Position numbers and translations under genes: made by a program. The notes under the pieces are model-generated. The model was not told where the DNA came from. It ran no database searches and saw nothing but the letters and a program-made list of their open reading frames with translations. 52,599 nucleotides of DNA from an uncultured Bacilli bacterium (GTDB taxonomy: Bacteria > Bacillota_I > Bacilli_A > RF39 > UBA660), in contig CANQSL010000004.1 in NCBI GenBank assembly GCA_947626515.1, forward strand, positions 1 to 52,599, in the 5' to 3' direction. Position 1 is the stretch's first letter, and each line of letters opens with the position of its first letter. Shown one piece after another: positions 36,198 through 45,612 of the stretch.

Positions 36198-37610
36198 TTA
36201 AATTCCTCTCCAAAATGTCGATCTTCTAGATATTTTTTCTTCTTTTTTCAATTGCTGTAATTTTTTTAAATTATTATAATAGAATTTTGCTTTTATTATA
36301 AATGGCAAATTGGACATTTTAATATTTATATATGGTGTTTTATACAAAAAATATTTGCCTGCTGTTTTTAAATTAGGCATATTTAATTTTATAACCGATT
36401 CGTTATTAGTTAAAAAGTTAGAACCAACTATTTGAATATTAGGTAGATCTATTATTATGGGTCTATTAATTGATGACAAAAAGTTCATTTCAATAAGATT
36501 TGCATTTGGAAGATGAATTTCTTCTAAAGTAGTATTATAATCTAAAAATGATCCCCCTATCCTTTTTATATTTTTATTATAATAAGAAATTATTCTATTA
36601 AATTTATCTAATCCTATTTTTATTTCATTACCATCTTTTGTTTTTATATGTATATCTTTACCTCTATCAGTATTTATTATTTCAATTTTTTCTATTTCTG
36701 TTATTGTATCTATAAATGATTTAAAACTATGATGATGAAGAGATAAATAAGCTGCTTCTTCTATTTTTTTCTTTTCCAAATCTAATACAAAACAATCAAA
36801 TATTAAATATTTTTCTTTTTCATAAAGTTTTACTTTAAAATTATCTATTACTACATTATCTGGGCAAAAATAAATATTTTCCATTTCATAATTATATCTA
36901 TAATATTTACCATCATTTGCTCTTACGTATCCTGGTATTTCTAATATTTCACTTTTATGTAATTGGGTAATTCCATAATATTTTTCAAAGCTTTTGGTTA
37001 ATCCTTCTACAATATTATCTAAATTATTCCCAAATGTTGCATCTGGGTTTATTACTTTATGATTATATCTGTTTTTTATTGACAAAGTATTCGTTCCGTC
37101 TTTTGTAAATTGTATACTTATTACACTTGTTCCGTATTCATCTTGTCTTTCTGGATTTAAAAAATCTTCTCTTTTTATTCTGTCTACATCTTTTTTTACT
37201 GCAAAGAATACCCTACAGCTATTTAACCTACCGCCACCAAACGTACATAACTCTTCATTTGGAGCATAGTATTTTTTAAAGGCTTGTATATCTTCTTCCG
37301 TTTTGCACTCAACTAATTTATAACCAACACTATCTAATAATTCCTCTGGAGTCTTATCTATTTCTTCTAAATTTACTGGATTTCTACTTCTATCAAATTT
37401 AGCATAAATAAATTCTTTAAAACTTGCTAATAAATTATTATTAATTATATCGTCGTATAAATAATGTGTTGCATTAAAATTATTTTGCATTATTTTAGAG
37501 AGTTCTCCTGGCTTTTCTAATATAATTGGAAATAAATCTCTGCATAAATGTGACATTTTTTCCCCATATTTTTTCTTGATTATTTTTAAATCATCTATCA
37601 CAATAATCAC
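36198..37610 (-). CDS. Cytoplasmic protein with an unknown ~340-aa N-terminal region and C-terminal BspA-type leucine-rich repeats
   Basis: C-terminus IKRIGGSFLDYNTTLEEIHLPNANLIEMNFLSSINRPIIIDLPNIQIVGSNFLTNNESVIKLNMPNLKTAGKYFL matches an LRR_5-type pattern. No signal peptide. The start is ambiguous: GTG 37610 (AGGAA SD) or ATG 37556 (GGGGA SD). Confidence 0.7.
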   Translation of the reverse strand: MIIVIDDLKIIKKKYGEKMSHLCRDLFPIILEKPGELSKIMQNNFNATHYLYDDIINNNLLASFKEFIYAKFDRSRNPVNLEEIDKTPEELLDSVGYKLVECKTEEDIQAFKKYYAPNEELCTFGGGRLNSCRVFFAVKKDVDRIKREDFLNPERQDEYGTSVISIQFTKDGTNTLSIKNRYNHKVINPDATFGNNLDNIVEGLTKSFEKYYGITQLHKSEILEIPGYVRANDGKYYRYNYEMENIYFCPDNVVIDNFKVKLYEKEKYLIFDCFVLDLEKKKIEEAAYLSLHHHSFKSFIDTITEIEKIEIINTDRGKDIHIKTKDGNEIKIGLDKFNRIISYYNKNIKRIGGSFLDYNTTLEEIHLPNANLIEMNFLSSINRPIIIDLPNIQIVGSNFLTNNESVIKLNMPNLKTAGKYFLYKTPYINIKMSNLPFIIKAKFYYNNLKKLQQLKKEEKISRRSTFWRGI

Positions 37611-37697
37611 TCTATTCCTAGAATAATTATATAATAAGATTACTTCAAAAAAAATATTAATCTACAATTATTTTACAAACCATTAACTTAATAAAAG

Positions 37698-38546
37698 TTA
37701 TTTATCAATATAATTTTCTACTTCTTTTATAGTATTTGAAAAATTAAGAAAATCTACATTAAACCATTTTATGTTCATTTGATTATTAAACCATGTATAT
37801 TGTCTCTTAGCATAATTTCTACTACGCTTTTTTATTAATTCTATAGCGTCATCTAATGTTATTATGCCATCAAAATAATCATATAATTCTTTATAACCAA
37901 TACCAGTTAATACTGATTTACTTCTAATATTTTTATCATATAGTGATCTCACTTCATCGATTAAACCGTCATCTATCATTTTATCTACTCTTTTATTTAT
38001 TCTTTCATATAATGTTTCTCTATCTGTAGTTAAACCTATAAATATACAATCATATAATAAATTATCTTTATCTAAAGTAAGCTCTTCTCTATTTAAAAAT
38101 CTAATCATTCTTTTTCTATTATTAATATGTATATTAGAATTTTTATCTTTTTTTAATACTAATTCATATAATTCTTCATTTGTCAAATTATCATAATTAT
38201 TAGAATTTGTTTCTTCTTTAAATTTATAATTATATAAACCTGCTTTTATATATAAACCTGTACCACCTACTATAATAATATTTTTATGTTTATTTTTATC
38301 CAATATATTTCTTAAATCTCTTTGATAGTCATATACAGTATACATATCTTCTACATCGACTATATCGAGCAATTTATGTTCTATACCTTCTTTTTCTTCT
38401 TCAGTAACTTTTGCAGTACCTATATTTAATTCTTTATAAACTTGCATACTATCAGCATTTATAATAAAAGCATTATATTTTTTAGCTAACTCTATACTTA
38501 ATCGCGTTTTACCAACACCAGTTGGTCCTACAATACATAATAACAT
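37698..38546 (-). CDS. miaA: tRNA dimethylallyltransferase
   Basis: P-loop IVGPTGVGKT, DSMQVYKELNIGTAK, YAKRQ.TWF. Start at ATG 38546 after GAGGTG. Confidence 0.92.
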   Translation of the reverse strand: MLLCIVGPTGVGKTRLSIELAKKYNAFIINADSMQVYKELNIGTAKVTEEEKEGIEHKLLDIVDVEDMYTVYDYQRDLRNILDKNKHKNIIIVGGTGLYIKAGLYNYKFKEETNSNNYDNLTNEELYELVLKKDKNSNIHINNRKRMIRFLNREELTLDKDNLLYDCIFIGLTTDRETLYERINKRVDKMIDDGLIDEVRSLYDKNIRSKSVLTGIGYKELYDYFDGIITLDDAIELIKKRSRNYAKRQYTWFNNQMNIKWFNVDFLNFSNTIKEVENYIDK

Positions 38547-38670
38547 ATTACACCTCAAAAGATATTTTAAACTAAATAATTTTCTATATCAAGTATAATT
38601 AATGACACTAAAAAATTTATATGCTATAATTTTTTTGATATTAATTATAATAATTATATTAGGAGATATT

Positions 38671-39402
38671 ATGAATACACATGAATTATTGAATAAATTA
38701 TTTAAAAAATATGATATAAAAAAAGACGAACAAATCTATATATTAGAAATAATAAATCCTATAATGAAACATAAAGAATTTAAAAGAAGAATGACTGAAG
38801 AATTTTTTCATCATGATAAAGTAACATTGGGAGAACATATATTAGAAGACACTATTCTAACATATAAATTATCAAAAAAATATCAAAAAAGAGATGACTA
38901 TGATACATCTGTAGCCTTAAAAATATCTATGTTTCACGATTTATACGTAGCTCCATGGCAAAATAATCCAGATAATAAAGCCATGCGCTTTTCTAATAAA
39001 CATGGTTTTATTCATCCAATTGAATCTGTTTTAAATGCAATTAAATGGTTTCCAGATTATTTTTCTAAATTAGATGAAGCAGATAAAATTATTGACGGAA
39101 TATTACATCATATGTATCCTTTGCCATTAAGAATATTTATTGATTCTAAAAATAATGAAATGGAATTAAAAAATATGGATATTTTTAATACTTTAAATAG
39201 TGATTTACAAAAATTATTAATAGAATCTTCTAATCGATATAAAATAGGAGCATTTTCTTTTGCAAAAAGCAAATATAAAGAAGGAAAAGTTATGAGTAAT
39301 GCTGATAAAATTATTTCTTTTCACAACTTGAGAGGTAGCAATATCCATTCGATATCAGCGCTATTTACTGGCAAAAATAAAAATATTAAAAAAGAAAAGT
39401 AG
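38671..39402 (+). CDS. HD-domain phosphohydrolase, putative
   Basis: His...HD pattern (FFHHDKVTLGEH, MFHDLY, ILHHMYP). Start at ATG 38671 after AGGAGA. The track's hydrophobic 23-aa extension is rejected. Confidence 0.6.
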   Translation: MNTHELLNKLFKKYDIKKDEQIYILEIINPIMKHKEFKRRMTEEFFHHDKVTLGEHILEDTILTYKLSKKYQKRDDYDTSVALKISMFHDLYVAPWQNNPDNKAMRFSNKHGFIHPIESVLNAIKWFPDYFSKLDEADKIIDGILHHMYPLPLRIFIDSKNNEMELKNMDIFNTLNSDLQKLLIESSNRYKIGAFSFAKSKYKEGKVMSNADKIISFHNLRGSNIHSISALFTGKNKNIKKEK

Positions 39403-39418
39403 ATTAACTTTTCTTTTA
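39394..39418. terminator. Bidirectional terminator between the HD-domain gene and leuS
   Basis: Stem gaaaagt / acttttc with loop agatta, followed by T-runs. It overlaps both stop codons. Confidence 0.55.
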
Positions 39419-41824
39419 TTTTATAACTATATTTACAATACGTCTTTTAATAACTATAGTTTTTACTATCTCTTTACCTTCAATATGTTTTTTTACATTC
39501 TCTTGATTTTTACTTAAATTTATTATTTCATCTTCTGACATATTGTCATTAATTTTAATACTGCCTCTCAATTTTCCATTTACTTGTACGCCTATTTCTA
39601 TCTCATCATCAATAGTCTTAGCTTCATCGTACTCTGGCCAACTAGATTCACATATTGGTTTATTTCCAATTTGCTCATTTAATTCTTCTGTTACATGAGG
39701 CGCAATAGGATTTAAAAGAGTCAATAATATTCTATAATCTTCCTTAGTAATAGTATCTTGTTCTGCATAACTATTAGATAGAATCATCAATGTAGAAATT
39801 ATTGTATTATATGATAAATTATCGTAATCTGTTTCAATTTTTTTAATTGATTTATTTATTATCTTTTCCAATGATTTACTTATTTTATTATCATCTACAA
39901 CTTTTTCCTTTAATTTAATAACTTTATCTAAAAAACGCTTACAGCCTTTTAACGTTTCAGTACTCCATGGAGCATCTTGCTCATAATCTCCCATAAACAT
40001 TTCATAAATTCTTAAAACATCTGCGCCATACTCTTTTACAATATCGTCTGGATTAATGACATTGCCTTTTGATTTGCTCATCTTTTCATTATTTGAGCCT
40101 AAAACCATACCATGACTAACTCTAACATCTATCATTTCTTTATTTGGAACTAATCCTATATTATAAAGGAATTGAACCCAGAATCTTGCATATAACAGAT
40201 GTCTTGCAGTATGTTCCATACCACCATTATACCAATTTACTCTATTCCAATATTTTAAAGCATCCATAGAAGCAAATTCATGTGTGTTATGTGGATCCAT
40301 AAATCTTAAGAAATACCAACTTGATCCTGCCCAATTAGGCATAGTGTCAGTTTCTCTTTTCGCACTTTTACCACATTTTGGACATGTTGTATTAACCCAA
40401 TCAGTAATATTTGCTAGAGGACTTTCTCCATCCTCAGTTGGTTCATAATTAACTACATCAGGAAGCAAAAGTGGTAAATCTTCTTCATTCATCGGTACCC
40501 ATCCACAATCTTCACAATAAATCATTGGAATAGGTTCTCCCCAAAATCTTTGACGTGAAAATATCCAATCCCTCATTTTATAATTATTAACTTCTCGTGC
40601 AATACCCATATCAACTAATTTTTTTGTAATTGCTTTCTTTGCATCTTCAACTGTAAATCCATTAAATTCTTCTGAATTAATCAATTTGCACTCATGACCT
40701 AAATAATCTTGTTTTTCAAATGCACAATCAGTTGTATCTCTACCATCGATTACTTGTAACATATCAATATTATGAGCCACAGCATACTCAAAATCTCTTT
40801 GATCATGACTTGGAACAGCCATTACAGCTCCTGTACCATAATCTCCTAATACAAAGTCTCCTAAAAATATTGGAACTTCCTTTTTAGTAATTGGGTGTAT
40901 AGCTTTAATTCCCTTTAATATACATCCAGTTTTACCTTTATTTAACTCTGTTCTATCCATGCTAGATTTCTTTTTTGTCTCTTCAATATAATTTATTGCT
41001 TCTTCTTTATTTTCAACACGTGGTAATAATTCTTTTATCAATTTTCCATCTGGAGCTATAACAAAAAATGTTATACCATATATTGTTTCAATACATGTTG
41101 TAAATACAGAAAATTTTCCTCCGCCAACTATATCTACATCTAATTCTACTCCAGTTGATTTACCTATCCAATTTATTTGACCCAATTTAACTTTAGGAGC
41201 AAAATGTGTATCATCTAAACCTTTAAGTAAATCTTCTGAATAATCACTCATTCTCAACATCCATTGTGATTTTTCTTTTTGTATAACTTGTGTACCACAA
41301 CGTTCACATACTCCTCCAGCTGCATCTTCATTTGATAAAACACTCTTACAATTTGGACACCAATTTACAGGAACAGTATCTTTATAAGCCATTCCATGTT
41401 TATAAAATTCAAGAAATTGCCATTGTGTCCATTTATAATATTCTGGATCAGTTGTAGAAAATTCTCTATCCCAATCAAATGAAAAACCTAAAGACATCAT
41501 TTGAGATTTAAATGTTTTTATATTTTCTTTAACTGCATCTTTTGGATGAATATGATTTTTTATAGCATATTGTTCTGCAGGAGCACCAAATGCATCCCAT
41601 CCCATTGGATATAAAACATTATATCCTTTCAATCTCATCATACGAGCTTTTGCATCTTGAGCTGTATAGCTTCTGACATGCCCAACATGTAATCCAGAAC
41701 CAGAAGGATATGGAAATTCAACCAAAATATAATATGGCTTTTTTTTACTTCCCGTTATAGCCTCAAAACTTTTATTGTCTATCCAATATTTTTGCCATTT
41801 TTTTTCTATTTCATTAAAATTCAT
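39416..41824 (-). CDS. leuS: Leucine--tRNA ligase
   Basis: HVGH (HIGH motif: YPSGSGLHVGHVR), KMSKS, CP1 editing domain, and zinc-type CxxC pairs. Confidence 0.95.
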   Translation of the reverse strand: MNFNEIEKKWQKYWIDNKSFEAITGSKKKPYYILVEFPYPSGSGLHVGHVRSYTAQDAKARMMRLKGYNVLYPMGWDAFGAPAEQYAIKNHIHPKDAVKENIKTFKSQMMSLGFSFDWDREFSTTDPEYYKWTQWQFLEFYKHGMAYKDTVPVNWCPNCKSVLSNEDAAGGVCERCGTQVIQKEKSQWMLRMSDYSEDLLKGLDDTHFAPKVKLGQINWIGKSTGVELDVDIVGGGKFSVFTTCIETIYGITFFVIAPDGKLIKELLPRVENKEEAINYIEETKKKSSMDRTELNKGKTGCILKGIKAIHPITKKEVPIFLGDFVLGDYGTGAVMAVPSHDQRDFEYAVAHNIDMLQVIDGRDTTDCAFEKQDYLGHECKLINSEEFNGFTVEDAKKAITKKLVDMGIAREVNNYKMRDWIFSRQRFWGEPIPMIYCEDCGWVPMNEEDLPLLLPDVVNYEPTEDGESPLANITDWVNTTCPKCGKSAKRETDTMPNWAGSSWYFLRFMDPHNTHEFASMDALKYWNRVNWYNGGMEHTARHLLYARFWVQFLYNIGLVPNKEMIDVRVSHGMVLGSNNEKMSKSKGNVINPDDIVKEYGADVLRIYEMFMGDYEQDAPWSTETLKGCKRFLDKVIKLKEKVVDDNKISKSLEKIINKSIKKIETDYDNLSYNTIISTLMILSNSYAEQDTITKEDYRILLTLLNPIAPHVTEELNEQIGNKPICESSWPEYDEAKTIDDEIEIGVQVNGKLRGSIKINDNMSEDEIINLSKNQENVKKHIEGKEIVKTIVIKRRIVNIVIK

Positions 41825-42171
41825 AATAAATTTCCTCTTTTCTTAATTATTCTACCTAATATTTCATAAAAACTATAAATTAGAGCCATTAGTATAACAA
41901 ATCCCAATAATAGTTTAATAACAATATTCCATTTAGGAAAAGAAATTATTGTTCCTGTAAAACTTATTATAAAAGGGTCTATTAAACAAATTAAAATACC
42001 TATCTTTTTTGGATTTAAATCTTTCTTATCTATCTTTGATCTTATTTTTAAAAATTGTACTTGTAAACTATTTAAAATACTTTTCTTTTTTAAACCAAAG
42101 AGATAAAAAAATATAAAATATAATATAAATAAAATTAAATAACTACCAATAAATAATACAATACTTTCCAC
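41821..42171 (-). CDS. Small polytopic membrane protein (116 aa) between the T-box leader and leuS
   Basis: Stop-free 116 codons in non-overlapped, ~25% GC DNA. Three to four hydrophobic segments. GTG start 3-4 nt after GGAGGA. 4-nt ATGA overlap with leuS. Confidence 0.65.
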   Translation of the reverse strand: MESIVLFIGSYLILFILYFIFFYLFGLKKKSILNSLQVQFLKIRSKIDKKDLNPKKIGILICLIDPFIISFTGTIISFPKWNIVIKLLLGFVILMALIYSFYEILGRIIKKRGNLL

Positions 42172-42180
42172 AAATCCTCC

Positions 42181-42364
42181 AAAAAAAAATTACATCGCAA
42201 AAGGACGTAATTTACGTGGTACCACCTTAATTTATACTCTTAATTTATAAAGGAATTATCCTTTCACATCCAAAAGCAAGTTCATAAACTATTTTTATTA
42301 GTTTGCACCAACCACTAATTCTCTTAAAAAAATATATTTATTACTACTCTTTTTTCATCTGCTT
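42181..42364 (-). promoter_or_regulatory. T-box riboswitch leader, Leu (CUU) specifier
   Basis: Minus strand reads AAGGUGGUACCACG (42215-26 region). Specifier loop is GAA-CUU-G (CUU = 42278-42280). AGAGA and GGUGCAAAC Stem I elements are present. Terminator AAAUUACGUC/GAUGUAAUUU plus U9 (42181-42189). Confidence 0.88.
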
Positions 42365-42370
42365 AATCGT

Positions 42371-42399
42371 ATTATATATGATATAGTTAAAAATTTCAA
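42371..42399 (-). promoter_or_regulatory. Sigma-A type promoter of the leuS T-box leader
   Basis: Minus strand reads TTGAAA (42399-42394), 17-nt spacer, TATAAT (42376-42371). Confidence 0.65.
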
Positions 42400-42407
42400 G
42401 ATATTAT

Positions 42408-43058
42408 TTAACTAATTCTATAATGTCCAATTATATCATCTCTATATTCTAATATATCTTCTTCATAATATTTTTGATATGGATTAGCATGATGTAATAT
42501 AAAAGGTATTCCTGACTTATTTCTGTAATTAGAAACTATACCTATATGATTTCTAAAAATAACTATATCTCCACCCTGCCAAGCATCAATATCTTTTATA
42601 TTTGTTGTCAAAGATATTGCGTTGTTCTCAAAATAAATTTTTAAATTATCTACTCTTCTAAAGTCAATATTTTTGTCAACTACATCTATATTATATTTAT
42701 CTCTATTATTTTTTATATCTTTATTAACTAACTCCATTAAATCATATCCAGAATTTTTTAATCCAAAAGCAACTACATCAGTACAAACACCATACTCATC
42801 ACTAGGATATCCCGTTCCATAATATTTGCTTTTATATTTAGGTTTAGTATTTAAATATTCTCTTGCACTTTTTAATATATCAGTTTGATCATCAATTCCA
42901 TCTTCGTCTTTGTCATATTTGCTTATATAAGTTTTTATATTAAAGTACTCATTAGTATATTTTCTATGAGGTATATAATTAAATATATATGCTATATAAA
43001 TTAAAAAAAATATAAATATAATAACTATTGATACTAAAATCAGATTTTTTTTCTTCAT
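42408..43058 (-). CDS. DUF1287-family protein with an N-terminal membrane anchor
   Basis: GVCTDVVAFGLKNSGYDL..., NIDFRRVDNL, GGDIVIF..HIGIVS and GHYRI match my recollection of DUF1287 conserved blocks. Confidence 0.8.
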   Translation of the reverse strand: MKKKNLILVSIVIIFIFFLIYIAYIFNYIPHRKYTNEYFNIKTYISKYDKDEDGIDDQTDILKSAREYLNTKPKYKSKYYGTGYPSDEYGVCTDVVAFGLKNSGYDLMELVNKDIKNNRDKYNIDVVDKNIDFRRVDNLKIYFENNAISLTTNIKDIDAWQGGDIVIFRNHIGIVSNYRNKSGIPFILHHANPYQKYYEEDILEYRDDIIGHYRIS

Positions 43059-43081
43059 AAAAACTCCTTACAATAAGTTAT

Positions 43082-44095
43082 TTAATTAATACTTTCTTGC
43101 AAAGTTTTAGTAATTAATTTATTATTTTTAAATAAATTTCTACATAAATTAGTTCTATATATAGCAAAAGTCAATAAATCTATTTTACTATTATCACTTA
43201 TATATTGCCTATAGCCATAAGTACTATTAAGCAATTGCAATAAATATAATGTAGACATATATTTAATATCATAATTATTTAATTTTACATATTTATTAAA
43301 TTCTTTTATATAATCAATTAAATGATTAACATTAATTATTCCATCTTTACAATCTTGATCTATATATGTAAAAGATCTTATTAATTCCCATATTATAGGT
43401 ATTTTTGAAGCTGATACAAAATCAATTATAGCTTTTATTTTTTCATCTTTATATATAAATTGCAAAACACTATAATCGCCATGAGTATTCTTTATAGTAA
43501 TTTTATCCATATCTTTAATATCGATACCTTTTATTATTTCTTGTATCATTTTTATTTTATCATTTAAATCTAAAATTATTTTTTCTTTATAAGGTCCTTC
43601 TACTTGCTTAATTAAATTTTTATATTTATCTATACTTTCTTTAAGATTTGAGATTGAATACCAAGATTTATAATCTTTATCAGATAAATTTATATTTAAA
43701 GTTTCTAAAGATTTAACTATTTTACCTAATTCTTTTGCAGATTCTATCATTTGATTATAATTTCCCATATTTTTATCCATAGTATATCCATCTATATATT
43801 TTTGTAATACTACAACCTTATTTTTATAAATAAAACTAAATTTACCATCTATTGTAGAAATATAATTAGGTACTGAAATGCCATCTTTTCTTAAATGCTC
43901 TATTATTTTAATTTCTTTATTTATATCATTTTCACTATATTTTGATTGAAATTCTTTTAAAATATACTTATTATTTAACAAAAATATATTTGCACTTCCC
44001 CTATTTATTTTAAATATTTCTTTAATTTCAATATTATAATTTTTTCTAATAATATTTACAATATCATTATTTGTAAAAACAGTTTTTTCTATCAT
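43082..44095 (-). CDS. Aminoglycoside-phosphotransferase-fold (APH/choline-kinase-like) kinase
   Basis: N-lobe RGSANIFLLNNKYILKEF (Lys). Catalytic loop THGDYSVLQF (HxD). Metal-binding IIDF. Confidence 0.6.
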   Translation of the reverse strand: MIEKTVFTNNDIVNIIRKNYNIEIKEIFKINRGSANIFLLNNKYILKEFQSKYSENDINKEIKIIEHLRKDGISVPNYISTIDGKFSFIYKNKVVVLQKYIDGYTMDKNMGNYNQMIESAKELGKIVKSLETLNINLSDKDYKSWYSISNLKESIDKYKNLIKQVEGPYKEKIILDLNDKIKMIQEIIKGIDIKDMDKITIKNTHGDYSVLQFIYKDEKIKAIIDFVSASKIPIIWELIRSFTYIDQDCKDGIINVNHLIDYIKEFNKYVKLNNYDIKYMSTLYLLQLLNSTYGYRQYISDNSKIDLLTFAIYRTNLCRNLFKNNKLITKTLQESIN

Positions 44096-44097
44096 AC

Positions 44098-45411
44098 TTA
44101 ATTACTTTCTATATTAATTTCTTTTTCTTCTTTTTCTTTAGAAACAGATTTAAACATTTGCTTCATAGTAGGATTATTATGAGTAAGTTTATTTATAGTA
44201 AGATCATCTACTTTATTATTAGCTAATCTTAAATTATCATCTGTCTTAAGAAGGTGTTCTTTGGTTTTTTCTAAATGTTCAATAGTTTTATCAATTTCTT
44301 CAATAGCCTTTTTAAATCGTTCACTTGCCAATCTATAGTTTCTTCCAAATCCCTCTTTAAAAGCTTCCATATTTTCTTCAAAATGAGTTATATCAATATT
44401 TTGATTTCTAATAATTTCCAATTCTTTTTTATATTCTAAAGATTTATTTGCTAAATTTCTTATTAACGTAATTAGTGGTATAAAAAATTGAGGTCTTATT
44501 ACATACATTTTATCATATAGATGAGATACATCAACAATTCCATCATTATAATAATCATTATTAGCTTCTAACATAGAGACAAGTACTGCATATTCACATT
44601 TTTTTTCTAAACGATCTTTATTCAATTCCTTTAAAAAATCTTCATTTTTATGTTTATTTTTAGTTTCATCTGCTTCATTTTTCATCTCAAACATAATTGA
44701 AACTATTTCATTACCATCATCGTCATAATCTCTAAAAATGAAATCCCCTTTAGACCCTGTTTTTACGTCATTATCTTTTTCAAATGAAGCATTTTTAAAT
44801 AAAGGTCTCAATCTATTAAATTCAATACTGCAATGTTGTTCTAATGATTCTCCTATCATTTTAGTAGATTGTCTTAATTTGAAATCTTTATAATAAGCAA
44901 TTTGCTCATCTTTATCTTTTATTTTTACTTCATAATTTTCTTTTATCGACTTTTCTCTTAATGAAAACTCGTTATTAATAGTTTCCAATCTATTATTTAA
45001 TAAATTAATTTCCTTATCTTTTGAGGCAATCGTCTCTTGAATCTTTAATTCGTTTTTAGATTCTTGTAATTTTATTTGATTTTTTAAACTAGCTATTTCC
45101 AAAGCACTTTCATTAAGATTTTTTTGATATTCTTTTTCTAATTTATTCTTAGTTGCATCTTCAACTGACTTTATATTACTTTTTAATTCGTTAATTTCTA
45201 AATCTTTTTTATTTAATTTTTGTGTCAATTCTTTTTCTATATTCGCTATAGCTAATTCTACTGCATTTTCTTTATCTTTTTTATATTGTTCTTCTCTTAT
45301 TTTTATTTCTTTTTCAAATTCTTTATCTCTAATTTGTTTTACTACTCTATCATATTCACTTTCATCAATTTGAAATAAAGTTCCACACTTAGGACATTTA
45401 ATTTCGTTCAT
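44098..45411 (-). CDS. DUF2130-like protein: zinc ribbon + long coiled coil + PD-(D/E)xK nuclease-like domain
   Basis: IKCPKCGTLFQIDESEY zinc ribbon, ~170 aa of heptad-rich coiled coil, then GDFIFRD...VSIMFEMKNE (D...ExK). Start at ATG 45411 (AGGAG 9 nt upstream). Confidence 0.7.
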   Translation of the reverse strand: MNEIKCPKCGTLFQIDESEYDRVVKQIRDKEFEKEIKIREEQYKKDKENAVELAIANIEKELTQKLNKKDLEINELKSNIKSVEDATKNKLEKEYQKNLNESALEIASLKNQIKLQESKNELKIQETIASKDKEINLLNNRLETINNEFSLREKSIKENYEVKIKDKDEQIAYYKDFKLRQSTKMIGESLEQHCSIEFNRLRPLFKNASFEKDNDVKTGSKGDFIFRDYDDDGNEIVSIMFEMKNEADETKNKHKNEDFLKELNKDRLEKKCEYAVLVSMLEANNDYYNDGIVDVSHLYDKMYVIRPQFFIPLITLIRNLANKSLEYKKELEIIRNQNIDITHFEENMEAFKEGFGRNYRLASERFKKAIEEIDKTIEHLEKTKEHLLKTDDNLRLANNKVDDLTINKLTHNNPTMKQMFKSVSKEKEEKEINIESN

Positions 45412-45612
45412 AATTTTCATCTCCTACTCTTTATTTAATCTTTCAATAAATTTATAATATACTTTTATTCCTTTAAACTATTATAAAATAAATTTTATAT
45501 AAAAGAAACAACTCTTTAAAAAAAATAATATTGTTATTTAAATTTATTTATTTTAAAATAAATGTGCAATAAATTAATGTTTTAAAACGTTAATATAATG
45601 AGAGGTGAAATA

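Noticed and set aside
36198-37610. Possible homology between the N-terminal region of the 470-aa LRR protein and the Cys-rich block of the 876-aa protein (both have GYK...C...C-R-x-hydrophobic runs)
   Set aside because: The spacing between the Cys residues differs (8 versus 17 residues), and I could not extend the alignment beyond a few residues by eye. This is too weak to claim and needs a profile-profile comparison.
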